DNA of 64,000 nt. It comes from Marine group II euryarchaeote REDSEA-S11_B3N4 (GTDB lineage: Archaea > Thermoplasmatota > Poseidoniia > Poseidoniales > Thalassarchaeaceae). A model generated the notes under the pieces. The model was not told the origin of the DNA and searched no databases. It was given only the letters and a program-made list of their open reading frames with translations. Position numbers and translations under genes: made by a program. This document shows positions 17,866 to 28,081 of the stretch, in pieces (position 1 is the first letter of the stretch; every line of letters starts with the position of its first letter). The DNA lies in NCBI GenBank assembly GCA_001628485.1, contig LURR01000006.1, forward strand, positions 26,879-90,878, in the 5' to 3' direction.

Positions 17866-18972
17866 TCAGTAAGTTATGCCCATTGTGGCGAGCTTCTCTG
17901 GCAGGTAAGTATCAGTGACGAAGTCTAGACCGTACTTTGCCAGAGACTGCTGCTCCGCTTTTTTCCCTATTTCTTGCATTAGTTGGATCTGCTCTTGCCA
18001 CCAACCAGTAGCGAATCTTGGATCACTCAGTTCTGCCTCCAGTGCATTCAAGTCCTGTTTCGTCAAATCGTCACTTGGAAGGTCGTAGGCTAGTATATCA
18101 TCGGCTGTTATCCCTAGATATGTTGCCTCCTTAGTAGCCAAGTATTCTGAGATATGAGCAGTTTTGATTGCTCCATAGGCTATGCTAGCATAGATCCTGA
18201 ATGACCATGGATCGCAGTCTGCGAAGACCAATATCGGCTTGTTCCATTCATCGCTCATTCTTCTCATAATCCTCCTAGTGGACCTTGCCGGTTGACCCTT
18301 TAGATGGACTAGAGCGCACCTCGCCTCCTCATCGAAACCATTCTCTACTAGCCTGTCGAACATTCCCCCAGTCTCTATTGCCATCACGAAGTCGACATCC
18401 TCTTCCACCATCCTAAGCTTCTCTGACTCTACATTATACGGAACCCCGTATCCAGAATCACCTACGTCGTCTCTACAGTTAATCCTCATCCAGTCTCCTC
18501 TACGATTCCTCTCCTCAAAGGTGACGTTGCCGATGATTCTCGCACCGTCCTCCTCAGGCCTCAGACCGAAGTCCTCTCTCAGACACTTCGTTACTATCTC
18601 CAAGTCCTCAGATACCCCATTGCTTTCGTTCTGACTAGAGAATTTTCCATGCCCCCATCCTTCAGAAATGTAGTACATTTCCCTAAGAGTGGAGGTTTTT
18701 CCATCAGAGATCATTCCTTCAACGAACTCTGAAATGTGTAGTGCTCTCAGAAGTTGTCTGGCAGAACCAAGAGATGTCGCGTCTCTAACCGTCTTCTTCT
18801 TCCCGTACTTGTAAACTCCAAGCTTCTTGTCGAATCCTATGTTTGATTTCGATCTCACTGGCAGGGTCATAGTAGGGGGGTTACCTTTCATCATCTTATC
18901 ATGCATTTCCGAAGCAACCCCATGCAAAGCATCGATCACCTCTTCCTTCGTTTTTTGTCTGTCCATTGTCAC
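17866..18972 (-). CDS. top6A: DNA topoisomerase VI subunit A (Spo11 homologue)
   Basis: '[11 protein letters not shown]', Toprim '[14 protein letters not shown]', '[12 protein letters not shown]' and '[13 protein letters not shown]'. The GTG at 18972 overlaps the top6B stop; an alternative ATG is at 18966. Confidence 0.9.
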   Translation of the reverse strand: MTMDRQKTKEEVIDALHGVASEMHDKMMKGNPPTMTLPVRSKSNIGFDKKLGVYKYGKKKTVRDATSLGSARQLLRALHISEFVEGMISDGKTSTLREMYYISEGWGHGKFSSQNESNGVSEDLEIVTKCLREDFGLRPEEDGARIIGNVTFEERNRRGDWMRINCRDDVGDSGYGVPYNVESEKLRMVEEDVDFVMAIETGGMFDRLVENGFDEEARCALVHLKGQPARSTRRIMRRMSDEWNKPILVFADCDPWSFRIYASIAYGAIKTAHISEYLATKEATYLGITADDILAYDLPSDDLTKQDLNALEAELSDPRFATGWWQEQIQLMQEIGKKAEQQSLAKYGLDFVTDTYLPEKLATMGITY

Positions 18973-21056
18973 TCGTCCACCTCCATTCCATCTTTAGTTG
19001 TGAAATCACCAAACAGGCTTGTCTGCCCCTCAACTAGGGGCCGAGCCTGGGAGGCTTCACTATCCTCTGCTCTCTCTTTCAGTTGAGAGATGGTCTCTTT
19101 GGGTTGTTCCAACTCCGCCTCGGCCGCTTCCAGGGCTTCTGATTTCCTCAATTCATCCAGCAGCTTCTCATCGATCTTAGACGCACCTATGACTTCTCCA
19201 TTACCTCTGTAGAATATCTCTGCATCGCTCCATTCTCCCTTTCTCAAACCAGAGACTCCGAAGTGTATTGTCGTGGCAGTTCCCGGATTCAGTGTATCCA
19301 GCCTCCATGCCCATAGTCCCTTGGCCTGCTTGGCTCCACCTAGGGGGTTATCGGAAATTGCTGTTCCATCTCCTTCCGGCCATTTTGCTAGAATGGTGTA
19401 CGCTCTTGCTCTAGCAGTGTAGTTGTATATGGTTATGGAGCACGTGGCTAGGCCCTTCTCGTCATCCCAACCCATCTCCTCTTCGCAGAAAACTGCATCC
19501 ATTATTCTGGTAATTATAGGTGCTAGGTCAGGCTCATCCCTGGATAGGATTTCTGAGGATTTCTTCGAGATTTCTGGCAGAATTATGTTAATGAGCTCAA
19601 ATTTTTCTCTTGCTTTCTTCCTCTGAGAACTCTTTTTCAGATGGCCCTTCAGGCCTCTTCCAACCTCGAGCATGGCTAGCCTAATCTCTTCGAACACCTC
19701 TTCGTTGTCGGAAACAGCCTCCTTGGCTTCGCTGGTGAACTGGACATTAGTAGATGCTAGATGGATTAGCACTGCTGCAGGGCCCTTTGGAATACCCTTT
19801 CCTCCGGGATGGTCTAAACCATATCTCTTCCAGTCAACCGCCTCAAGAGCCTTCGTTAGGAGGCAACCTCCTTGTTGATACATCAGGGGGACCCTATTTG
19901 CAAATCTTAGGACCTCGATGGGTCCATCAGCACTAAGATCTCCACCAAAGACCAAACCAACCTCAATCTGAAACGGGTTTCCTTGAGTTACCTTCGGGTT
20001 TCTGGTAATTGTCGATGCAAATCTGGAGTCGATTGCCTTCGAGAGACCCTTTTTGATCAGGAGGTCCTCTATAGGAGAAAGACAATCGGTGGGCGGTGAT
20101 AGGAGTTTCACCCTCCTAAATGCGTTGATCATTCCTTGTGCATCATCTCCGGATATCCTCTTGGGGCTCCTCCCCTCATCTAAGCCGGCTTCAGCTAAGA
20201 TTTCCCGTGCCGCCCTCATGCTGACCCCCGAGAAGTTGTGCCGCAGGAAGGATGTCATTTTCCTCTCCTCGGCTTCTCTCAGCATCCTCTGTAGAGAACC
20301 TAGTTGAATTCCATGGGGATGAGGCTTGATCTCGCTAACCACCCTTGGAAGCCTATCAGTGGTTCTCTGCCATTCGTCCTCCTCAATTGTGCTCCCATCC
20401 CTGTCTCGAACAATCAGTGAGATACTTGCATGAGGGTTGACGATAGAGGTCATCCTTAGGTACTGATGGACGGATTGTCTACCTCTCTGGTACTTTGCCC
20501 TCATCTCTGTCTCTATCTTTAATCCATGAGGAACCGGCTCACTGGTCTTTTCATCTAACCATATATCTCTACTTTCTCCGGATTTGGTTGCTTTGTTTCT
20601 GCGAGTGTCTATTCCAAGCTCCACGAAAACTGCAGAGGAATCTCTGGAAATTTTGGAAATAACCTTGGTCTTTGATCCAGCCGTCAACTGGCCGTACATC
20701 ACCACTCCCGTGATTCCTATTCCTTGCTGACCCCTTGTCTGCCTAATTGCATGGAATCTTGATCCGAGAAGGAATTTCCCGAAAACGTTCTCGATGTCTT
20801 CTCGTGGAATCCCTGGTCCGTTATCTTGGGTAATCAGCCTCAGCCTATCCCCCTTCAATCTCTGAATTTCTACTCTAATCTCTGGAAGTATCCTCGACTC
20901 CTCGCAAGCATCTAGCGAATTGTCCACAGCCTCCTTCACAGCGGTGATTATTGATCTTTGAAGAGTATCGAACCCAAGGAAGTGTTTGTTCTTCTCGAAG
21001 AATTCACTTATCGAGATCTGTTTTTGTTTGCTAGCGAGTCTTTCTGCTGGGTCCAT
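18969..21056 (-). CDS. top6B: DNA topoisomerase VI subunit B (GHKL ATPase), long form with a C-terminal extension
   Basis: Bergerat fold 'KEAVDNSLDACEE', 'DNGPGI' and 'GQQGIGITG'. ATG at 21056 ('MDPAERLASKQKQISISEFF'). The listed ORF extends to 21143 from a non-ATG start. Confidence 0.9.
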   Translation of the reverse strand: MDPAERLASKQKQISISEFFEKNKHFLGFDTLQRSIITAVKEAVDNSLDACEESRILPEIRVEIQRLKGDRLRLITQDNGPGIPREDIENVFGKFLLGSRFHAIRQTRGQQGIGITGVVMYGQLTAGSKTKVISKISRDSSAVFVELGIDTRRNKATKSGESRDIWLDEKTSEPVPHGLKIETEMRAKYQRGRQSVHQYLRMTSIVNPHASISLIVRDRDGSTIEEDEWQRTTDRLPRVVSEIKPHPHGIQLGSLQRMLREAEERKMTSFLRHNFSGVSMRAAREILAEAGLDEGRSPKRISGDDAQGMINAFRRVKLLSPPTDCLSPIEDLLIKKGLSKAIDSRFASTITRNPKVTQGNPFQIEVGLVFGGDLSADGPIEVLRFANRVPLMYQQGGCLLTKALEAVDWKRYGLDHPGGKGIPKGPAAVLIHLASTNVQFTSEAKEAVSDNEEVFEEIRLAMLEVGRGLKGHLKKSSQRKKAREKFELINIILPEISKKSSEILSRDEPDLAPIITRIMDAVFCEEEMGWDDEKGLATCSITIYNYTARARAYTILAKWPEGDGTAISDNPLGGAKQAKGLWAWRLDTLNPGTATTIHFGVSGLRKGEWSDAEIFYRGNGEVIGASKIDEKLLDELRKSEALEAAEAELEQPKETISQLKERAEDSEASQARPLVEGQTSLFGDFTTKDGMEVDE

Positions 21057-21169
21057 CGTATACCACCACCAAGTCCTCCCTTGTCCGACTGACGAGGGGC
21101 TTGCAAGGTAGCCTATGCCCGAAACGAGAACGCTATTGAACAATGCCCCATTCCTGAGGAGAACTTGTA

Positions 21170-23206
21170 CTATTGTGAGAATATTTTTGGATGCCAGGAT
21201 GTTATTTTGCCTGTGAATGCGCTGGTCATTACTGTCAGAGGACTCGCAAGATACAGCTTCCCTGGCCCAGAGCGACCCTGGAAGTTCCTATTTATCGCAG
21301 ATACAGTGACTTGGTCTGGATTGTCGCTTACCCCGGGGCCTGCACCGATGCAAGCACCACAACCAGGATCGATGAGCTTGACACCAACCTTCTCGAATAT
21401 CGACGTCCAACCCATCTCCAATGAGAGATCCTTCACTGACTTTGAGCCGAATTGGATGTAGCAGTCAACTCCATCTGCAATTACAAGGCCTTCTCTAAGT
21501 GCTGCTTCGCAAACCATGGCATAGTACGAGAAGTCATCATCCTTGCCCGCAGTGCATGAACCCGCATAGGCGATGTCTATCGGAACCACTCCTAATTCGT
21601 CAATGTAGGCCCCGTTTGTAGGATCCGAAGGAACTCCTTCGTCAGGATTTCCAGGATGCGCTACCATTGGCCGAATTTCTGATAGGTCGATCTCATGAAT
21701 TCCTCCATCGTAGACCGCGCCTTCATCAGGCAGGACAAATCTACTCCTGATATTCTCTTCTTCCATGTTCTCCCGTCTGGATAGAAGCCAATCGACTGTG
21801 ACATCGTCTGCCTCACATATGCCGGTCTTCGCACTACACTCTGTAGCCATATTACACAATGTTGCTCTTTCATCCATAGATAGGCTTGCAAGTCCCGGAC
21901 CACCGAATTCCATGCTTCTATCCAGAGTATCAGACTCCGCGGCAAAACGCCAGAGAATATGGAGAATCACGTCTTTAGCTGTACAGCCTGGATCCAACTC
22001 GCCCATTAATTCGAAACGAATACTTTCTGGGACCTTGACGAACGCGAATTGATTGTGAATAAGGTTAGCATATTCGGTGGAACCCACTCCATATGCCAAT
22101 GCGTTGGAAGCGCCTCCCATGCAAGTGTGCGAATCAGTCGCCTGGATAAAGTCGCCAACGTCGATGAACTCTTCTCTCGCAACTTGGTGGCATATTCCTG
22201 GGCTCACCCCATCCTTAGCCGAGTAGTCCCTCACTCCAGTGTATTCCTGGAACAAATTCTGCATATCCCTTAGGGTCTGTATCTTGTCAGTGAATTTCCC
22301 AAATCTTGGAACGCCAGTAGCGTAAAGCAGATGATCCTCAAAAACAGCGAATTTGGAGGGATTTGGAATCTTGTAGTCGTCTCCGTATTCCTCTTCGAGG
22401 AATGTGTGCACCTGAGCAGTAGTGAACTCGTGAGAATAGCCTCCATCGACCTGTGCTAGAACAGCATCTCCGGGTTTCACGAATTTTCTCGTTTTATCGT
22501 CCCCCAGTAGTTTGTTTGACACTAATTTCTCTATCATCGTCATTGGGCGCTCTCTAGTGTCAAATTCTGGGAGAGAAACTTCTCCCTCCTTCATCCTCTT
22601 AGCGAATGGCAATATCCCTCCGTTCTCCAGAATCAATCTACTCACCGGGTCGTACTTCTCCGTAAACTCAGTCAGAGGTATACTTTCGCCGTCCTGAAGC
22701 CTGCTTAGTATCGCGTGATCCCCCATAAGCTGCCCAAGATTCAGGTTGTTTCGTTCATGTATTGGTGCAAATGAGGCCGCAATCACGATTCTGATTCCCG
22801 ACCACCTCTCACACTGGGGCGCCGTCTCTCTGCTTGATCCAGTACCCTTTCTATGTCCGGAGACGATTACTTCGAAGCCACCGTCAATCAAAGCTCTGGG
22901 CTCGAACACCCTTCGACCATCGTGTAGTAGACCAGCATACGCATTTTCAGCTATAGTTGCTGGATCGTAATCGAAGCACACCCAAGCCGGAGTCATCACA
23001 TCTGTGTTGATGTCATCAAGAAGATCACCGACCGATAAATCTTCCATTCGCAGGTCCAATCCTTCGTACAGTTGCTTTCGAATCAACTCCAAATCCTTTG
23101 TTAGGAACAGAACTCTCTTTCCTGGAGTGAGGCCTATCCTCTCTGGCGGCCACATTCCTTCAGACATTGTTCCCCTCACACATGCCAGTGAACTTTCGTA
23201 TTTCAC
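21170..23206 (-). CDS. Aconitase-superfamily hydro-lyase with the swivel (LeuD-like) domain N-terminal to the catalytic domains; probable aconitate hydratase
   Basis: N-terminal 'DDINTDVMTPA', 'VIVSGHRKGTGSSRETAPQ' and 'IVIAASFAPIHERNNLNLGQL' form the swivel domain. These are followed by 'ATDSHTCMGGASNALAYGVGSTE', 'AGSCTAGKDDDF', 'PGCGACIGAGPG' and 'AINRNFQGRSG', which provide the Fe-S ligands and active site. An alternative start is at 23167. Confidence 0.75.
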   Translation of the reverse strand: MKYESSLACVRGTMSEGMWPPERIGLTPGKRVLFLTKDLELIRKQLYEGLDLRMEDLSVGDLLDDINTDVMTPAWVCFDYDPATIAENAYAGLLHDGRRVFEPRALIDGGFEVIVSGHRKGTGSSRETAPQCERWSGIRIVIAASFAPIHERNNLNLGQLMGDHAILSRLQDGESIPLTEFTEKYDPVSRLILENGGILPFAKRMKEGEVSLPEFDTRERPMTMIEKLVSNKLLGDDKTRKFVKPGDAVLAQVDGGYSHEFTTAQVHTFLEEEYGDDYKIPNPSKFAVFEDHLLYATGVPRFGKFTDKIQTLRDMQNLFQEYTGVRDYSAKDGVSPGICHQVAREEFIDVGDFIQATDSHTCMGGASNALAYGVGSTEYANLIHNQFAFVKVPESIRFELMGELDPGCTAKDVILHILWRFAAESDTLDRSMEFGGPGLASLSMDERATLCNMATECSAKTGICEADDVTVDWLLSRRENMEEENIRSRFVLPDEGAVYDGGIHEIDLSEIRPMVAHPGNPDEGVPSDPTNGAYIDELGVVPIDIAYAGSCTAGKDDDFSYYAMVCEAALREGLVIADGVDCYIQFGSKSVKDLSLEMGWTSIFEKVGVKLIDPGCGACIGAGPGVSDNPDQVTVSAINRNFQGRSGPGKLYLASPLTVMTSAFTGKITSWHPKIFSQ

Positions 23207-23261
23207 GATTCTCGATGATTAGTTATGTCTAAACTTGCTCCAGAAGAGAACACATTAGAAA

Positions 23262-23279
23262 TATTATAACCTTAAATAA
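23262..23279 (+). promoter_or_regulatory. Candidate archaeal TATA box for tfb in an AT-rich divergent intergenic region
   Basis: 'atattataaccttaaata' lies 52-69 nt upstream of the tfb ATG. An SD-like 'GGTGAGG' at 23319..23325 lies 5 nt before the ATG. The whole spacer 23207..23330 is AT-rich and separates divergent genes. Confidence 0.35.
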
Positions 23280-23330
23280 GATGTCTTTTGCGAATTTAAT
23301 ACCTTTTGTTGAAAAGGGGGTGAGGATGTA

Positions 23331-24254
23331 ATGTCATACCTTGTTGAAGACACCGTGAAATGCGATGAATGTGGAAGCCGAAATCTGAGTAAAGACGAAT
23401 CCAGAGGAGAAGTGGTCTGCGATGACTGTGGACTGGTGCTGGAGGACAAGGTAATTGACCAGGGCGCTGAGTGGCGTGTGTTCAGTCCCGAACAGGGAGA
23501 TCAACGAGCAAGAACTGGTGCCCCTATGACAGTCATGCTACATGACAAGGGACTTTCCACGGACATCGATTGGCAGAACAAGGACTACTCAGGTAAGTCG
23601 ATTTCTAGTAGGTACCGAAGCCAATTCTACAGAATGAGGAAATGGCAGAAGCGCTCTCGAGTTAGCAATGCCACGGAGCGAAACAAGGCCATGGCACTGG
23701 CAGAGCTGGACAGGATGGCAAGCAGGCTCGATCTTCCTAAGACCATAAGAGAGACCGCTGCAGTGACTTACGGAAAAGCGGTCGATGCAAGGCTTATCCG
23801 CGGTAGGTCGATTGAGGGAGTCGCAGCCGCGAGCCTATATGCCGCATGCAGGATTTGTGAGAATCCGCGCACTCTGGATGAGATTGGGGAGGCTAGCAGA
23901 ACCGGTAGAAAGGAGATAGGTCGTACCTATCGATTCATGGTCAGGGAACTTAGGATGAAGATACCGCCAACCAAGCCTGAGGACTATATCCCTAGATTCT
24001 GTTCGGGGCTTGACCTGGATGCAGAAGTGCAGGCCAAGGCCTACGAGTTGATTGCAGCTGCACAGGAAAAGGAATTGACTAGTGGCAGGGGGCCAACCGG
24101 TATCGCTGCATCAATAATCTACATCGCTAGCGTTCTTTGTGGGAAGAGAAGGACTCAGAGAGAGGTTGCTGAGGTGGCCGGAGTAACGGAAGTCACAATC
24201 AGAAATAGGTACAAGGAACTAATTCAGAATCTGAACATAGAACTTGAGATTTGA
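23331..24254 (+). CDS. tfb: Transcription initiation factor IIB (TFB)
   Basis: N-terminal zinc ribbon '[29 protein letters not shown]', B-reader/linker, and two cyclin repeats ('[19 protein letters not shown]', '[16 protein letters not shown]', '[23 protein letters not shown]'). Confidence 0.95.
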   Translation: MSYLVEDTVKCDECGSRNLSKDESRGEVVCDDCGLVLEDKVIDQGAEWRVFSPEQGDQRARTGAPMTVMLHDKGLSTDIDWQNKDYSGKSISSRYRSQFYRMRKWQKRSRVSNATERNKAMALAELDRMASRLDLPKTIRETAAVTYGKAVDARLIRGRSIEGVAAASLYAACRICENPRTLDEIGEASRTGRKEIGRTYRFMVRELRMKIPPTKPEDYIPRFCSGLDLDAEVQAKAYELIAAAQEKELTSGRGPTGIAASIIYIASVLCGKRRTQREVAEVAGVTEVTIRNRYKELIQNLNIELEI

Positions 24255-24262
24255 TTTCTCAA

Positions 24263-27200
24263 TCATGAGCAACCGGTTGTAGAACCACACTCATTGCATT
24301 TCAGACAGGTGCCGTTTCTGACCATCTGGCTGCCTCCGCAGTCTTCACAGATGTCGCCAGTGAAACCTCTCTCCCTCGCAGCCTGCCTGGTCCTCGTATC
24401 CACATCTCCCACTGCTGCTTCTAGGGTCATCTGAACCTCTCTCCTCTCGCCCTGGCTCCGAGACAGTCCCTGTTCAGTCACCTCTGGTCTGCTGATGGAG
24501 AATGGGCTCAGGTCCTCCTCATTCAGAGGAACATGAGCTAGGTCGTCCCTGCCGGCATACTCGATCGCGAGCTCGCGGAAGACCCAGTCGATGATGCTGG
24601 ATGACATCTTCACACGTCCACTGCCCCCCTCTATCATTCCGCTTGGCTCAAACTTGGTGAAAGTGAATGACTTCACGAATGCATCAATGGGTACTCCGTG
24701 CTGTAAACCGATAGACACCGCGATAGCGAATTGGGATAGAAGGGCTCTCCAAGCGGCGCCTTCCTTGGAGGTTAGCAGGAAGATCTCGCCGAGCTTGCCG
24801 TCTTCGTATTCTCCTGTGATGAGGCGTACGCTGTGACCGCCCACTCTGGCCTTGAAGTTCGCCCCCCTCTTTCTGTGGGGGAGCGGCCTCTTTGCTGCGA
24901 TGTAATTATCAACAAGCGCCTTTGCAACAGGCATCGCCACCGGCTCTGGAAGTGGTAGGGCGCTCGCGGCCTCCTCCACCATCTTCTCGACAACACTCCC
25001 CTCATCATCCTCCTCTTCTAGGTCCATGGAGTCCACTAGCTGACTCATCAAGGGTTGTGAAAGCTTGCTCCCATCTCTGTAAACGGCGCAGGCTTTGTTC
25101 ATTGTGGCGTAGCTAAGGTTGTATGCTTCTCTAACGTCCTCTATTGAGCAGTCGGATGGCATATTGATCGTCTTTGAAATCGCTCCCGAAATGAAGGGTT
25201 GCGCGGCAGCCATCATTTTTACGTGACCCGAAGGAGCAATGGAACGGACTCCGGCTCCCGATGGCTGGGCACAGTCAAAAATCGGTAGATGCTCGTCTTT
25301 CAGACCTGGAGCTCCTTCAATGGTGTTCCGACCAATAATCTCCGTGTTTGCAACCTCAATTTCTTCGTTTGTCATGCCAATATGAGAGAGAGTGTCGAAC
25401 CATGGGTTGCTGCACTTTTCCTTGCCGTCCTCGTCCAAGTAAAAATCGTCCTCTGTCAATCCGAGATTTTCTACACAGAATTCTTTTCCAAGAATGTCGG
25501 GTGAGAATGCATTCCTAATATGGAATACTTTTGGCAGCTCAGATTCAATTTCAGACAATTTTTCGGAGGTCATTCCGGCGTTGCTTAGTAGTTCATGTGG
25601 TATTGATGGACTCAGTCTGCCGGTTCCCACGACATACTCCTCTATCCCCTTCGCTTCTGACTTTGAGTAACCAAGTCTGGACAAAGCGCTTGGCAATCCT
25701 TGGTTGATAATTCTCAGAGAGCCACCTCCTGCAAGTTGCTTGTACTGTACCATAGAGAATTGGGGCTCGATTCCTGTGGTATCCGCGCCCATTACGAGAC
25801 CGATTGTTCCCGTTGGAGCAATTACCGTCGTCTGGGCATTCCTGAAACCATGTTCTTCACCCTCCATTACTGCCCGATCCCAACAGCTTCTAGCAGCTTC
25901 TAGCAGATCCTTGGGACACTTCTTGGAGTCTATTCCCATTGGTAATACTGTTATCCCTTCGTATTCTTCAGCAGGAGCGTTGTATGCGGCTCTTCGATGA
26001 TTCCTCATGACGCGCAGCATATCATCAGAATTACGTTCATAATCCGGAAAGGGGCCCAGGTATGAGGCCATTTCTGCACTGGTGGCATATGATTCCCCGC
26101 ACATTATGGCAGTTATAGCCCCACATATTGAGAAGGCCCTCTCGTCATCATACGGGATTCCCATGTGAGTTAGAAGAGATCCGATATTGCAGTAACCAAG
26201 TCCAAGAGTTCTGTAATCATAGGAGCCCTTTGCTATTGACTCAGAAGGGAACTGAGCCATTAGGACACTGATTTCCAATGTAGCAGTCCATACTCTGACA
26301 CTGTGTTTGAAGTCTTCAATCTGGAAGGTATGACTATCTAGATCGTAATAATGTAGCAGGTTAATACTCGCTAGATTACAAGCAGTGTCATCTAGGAACA
26401 TGTACTCAGAACACGGGTTTGATCCATTGATTCTACCTGCTTGGGGGCAAGTGTGCCATTCGTTTATTGTGGTGTCGAACTGTACTCCAGGGTCTGCACA
26501 AGCCCAAGCTGTGTAGGCAATTTTGTCCCACAGCGCCTTGGCATCCACAGTTCTACAAGGAACAGCATCCCTTCCTTCGTCCGCAGCAGCGTCCCTTTCC
26601 GTTCTAAAGTAGAGGTTCCATTCATCCCCAGATTTCACAGCATCCATGAATGAGTTAGGGACTCTGACAGAATTGTTGCTGTTTTGACCGGATACCGTCG
26701 TGTAGGCCTCGCCTTGCCAATCAGTGTCTAGGACCTCAAATTCCATACCTTTCCAACCTTGTTCGGCCAGATCGACAATCCTCTTGATGTGAGCTTGCGG
26801 AACGCTGTCATGGATGGCCTTGACCATAGCTTTCCTGAGTCCAAGGTTCGTTTTCTGATCGAACCTACCCTCATCGCTATCAAATGACCAAATAGACTCC
26901 ATAATGGAGTCAGCGTGCTTCTGTAGGATTGTACTTCCGATTACCAGTGCCGAGACTTTCTCTTCTTCGGAGGGCTTCCAGTCTATGTATTCTTCAATGT
27001 CTGGGTGGTCCATGTCGAGAGTGACCATTTTTGCCGCTCTCCTGGTAGTTCCTCCAGATTTTATTGCTCCAGCAGCCCTATCACCAATCTTCAGGAAAGA
27101 CAGGAGTCCACTGGATGTCCCTCCTCCTGAAAGTGGCTCCCCCTTCCCTCTTATGTTAGAAAAGTTGGATCCGGTACCAGATCCATACTTGAACAGAAGC

Positions 27201-27919
27201 GCCTCTCTGTTCCAGAGGCCCATGATTGAGTCTGTACCCCCCACTAGTGAATCAGATACTGACTGAATGAAACAAGCATGAGGCTGAGGGTGTTCATATG
27301 CATTGGTAGATCTTCCTAGCTCACCTGTATCTGGGTCTACGTAGCTATGGCCTTGAGCCGGGCCTTCGATTCCATATGCCCAATGCAACCCTGTGTTGAA
27401 CCACTGGGGGCTGTTAGGTGCAGATCTCTGACTTGCAATCAGGTAGCACATCTCATCGAAGTACGCGCGGGCATCAGCCTCGCTTGCGAAGTATCCGTAC
27501 TTCCAGCCCCAGTAGGTCCAGGTCCCTGCGAGCCGACGGAAGAGCTGTCTTCCGTCAATCTCACCACCCATTCTTTCAGCGGCATCCACAGTCTGAAGCC
27601 GCTCGTGATCTGGCTCACTTCGCTGTAGCCAGACTGGAACGTCGTCCTCGGGAACGTTCCGAAGATACTTCGGAACTCCCGCCTTGCGGAGATACTTCTG
27701 AGCACAGACCGTTCCCGGTACACCAGAGAACCCCGAAGGCAATTTCACGCCTTCTAATGAATCGGCCATAGACCCGTCTGGGTTCCTGATCTGCACGTCC
27801 ATCTCAATCCATTCGAACGACTCGAACGGATCCTGTCCTGCAGATGTGAACCGCCTCTCGACGACCATACCGCTCTCAGACTCTATATTGCTCTCAGAGG
27901 ACTTAATTTTCGTCTGCAT
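24263..27919 (-). CDS. nrdJ: Adenosylcobalamin-dependent ribonucleotide reductase (class II, NrdJ), long form with a C-terminal Cys-rich zinc ribbon
   Basis: 'CFIQSV', 'GSGTGSNFSNIRGKGE', active-site 'NPCSEYMFLDDTACNLASINL', 'TVIAPTGTIGL' and 'SKTINMP'. The C-terminus is 'CEDCGGSQMVRNGTCLKCNECGSTTGCS'. Confidence 0.9.
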   Translation of the reverse strand: MQTKIKSSESNIESESGMVVERRFTSAGQDPFESFEWIEMDVQIRNPDGSMADSLEGVKLPSGFSGVPGTVCAQKYLRKAGVPKYLRNVPEDDVPVWLQRSEPDHERLQTVDAAERMGGEIDGRQLFRRLAGTWTYWGWKYGYFASEADARAYFDEMCYLIASQRSAPNSPQWFNTGLHWAYGIEGPAQGHSYVDPDTGELGRSTNAYEHPQPHACFIQSVSDSLVGGTDSIMGLWNREALLFKYGSGTGSNFSNIRGKGEPLSGGGTSSGLLSFLKIGDRAAGAIKSGGTTRRAAKMVTLDMDHPDIEEYIDWKPSEEEKVSALVIGSTILQKHADSIMESIWSFDSDEGRFDQKTNLGLRKAMVKAIHDSVPQAHIKRIVDLAEQGWKGMEFEVLDTDWQGEAYTTVSGQNSNNSVRVPNSFMDAVKSGDEWNLYFRTERDAAADEGRDAVPCRTVDAKALWDKIAYTAWACADPGVQFDTTINEWHTCPQAGRINGSNPCSEYMFLDDTACNLASINLLHYYDLDSHTFQIEDFKHSVRVWTATLEISVLMAQFPSESIAKGSYDYRTLGLGYCNIGSLLTHMGIPYDDERAFSICGAITAIMCGESYATSAEMASYLGPFPDYERNSDDMLRVMRNHRRAAYNAPAEEYEGITVLPMGIDSKKCPKDLLEAARSCWDRAVMEGEEHGFRNAQTTVIAPTGTIGLVMGADTTGIEPQFSMVQYKQLAGGGSLRIINQGLPSALSRLGYSKSEAKGIEEYVVGTGRLSPSIPHELLSNAGMTSEKLSEIESELPKVFHIRNAFSPDILGKEFCVENLGLTEDDFYLDEDGKEKCSNPWFDTLSHIGMTNEEIEVANTEIIGRNTIEGAPGLKDEHLPIFDCAQPSGAGVRSIAPSGHVKMMAAAQPFISGAISKTINMPSDCSIEDVREAYNLSYATMNKACAVYRDGSKLSQPLMSQLVDSMDLEEEDDEGSVVEKMVEEAASALPLPEPVAMPVAKALVDNYIAAKRPLPHRKRGANFKARVGGHSVRLITGEYEDGKLGEIFLLTSKEGAAWRALLSQFAIAVSIGLQHGVPIDAFVKSFTFTKFEPSGMIEGGSGRVKMSSSIIDWVFRELAIEYAGRDDLAHVPLNEEDLSPFSISRPEVTEQGLSRSQGERREVQMTLEAAVGDVDTRTRQAARERGFTGDICEDCGGSQMVRNGTCLKCNECGSTTGCS

Positions 27920-28081
27920 TGTATCTTCCTCCCATATTGCTAGGCCGAGAATGCTCCCGGCCGCGCAAGGGATTTGCTCTTCCGGATGGGGGGTGTTTAA
28001 TGATTAGGTTAGAACCTCACACAAGGCGGTCCGTTTTCACGAAAATATTGACGATACCATTTTTCTCGAGTGGATAGAATC

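Noticed and set aside
24263-27919. An intein inside the unusually long NrdJ.
   Set aside because: There are no Hint-domain block motifs, such as an N-terminal Cys/Ser splice junction followed by TxxH or a C-terminal HN-C/S/T. The extra length is accounted for by the N-terminal domain, the known helical insert ('GYSKSEAKGIEEYV...') and the C-terminal zinc ribbon.
27920-28081. A possible cobalamin riboswitch or other leader element upstream of nrdJ, a 160-nt 5' region on the minus strand.
   Set aside because: I could not find a B12-box-like consensus or the paired elements of the riboswitch. Only a weak 5-bp stem, an SD-like GGGAGGA and an A/T-rich TATA candidate are present. Riboswitches are also rare in archaea.
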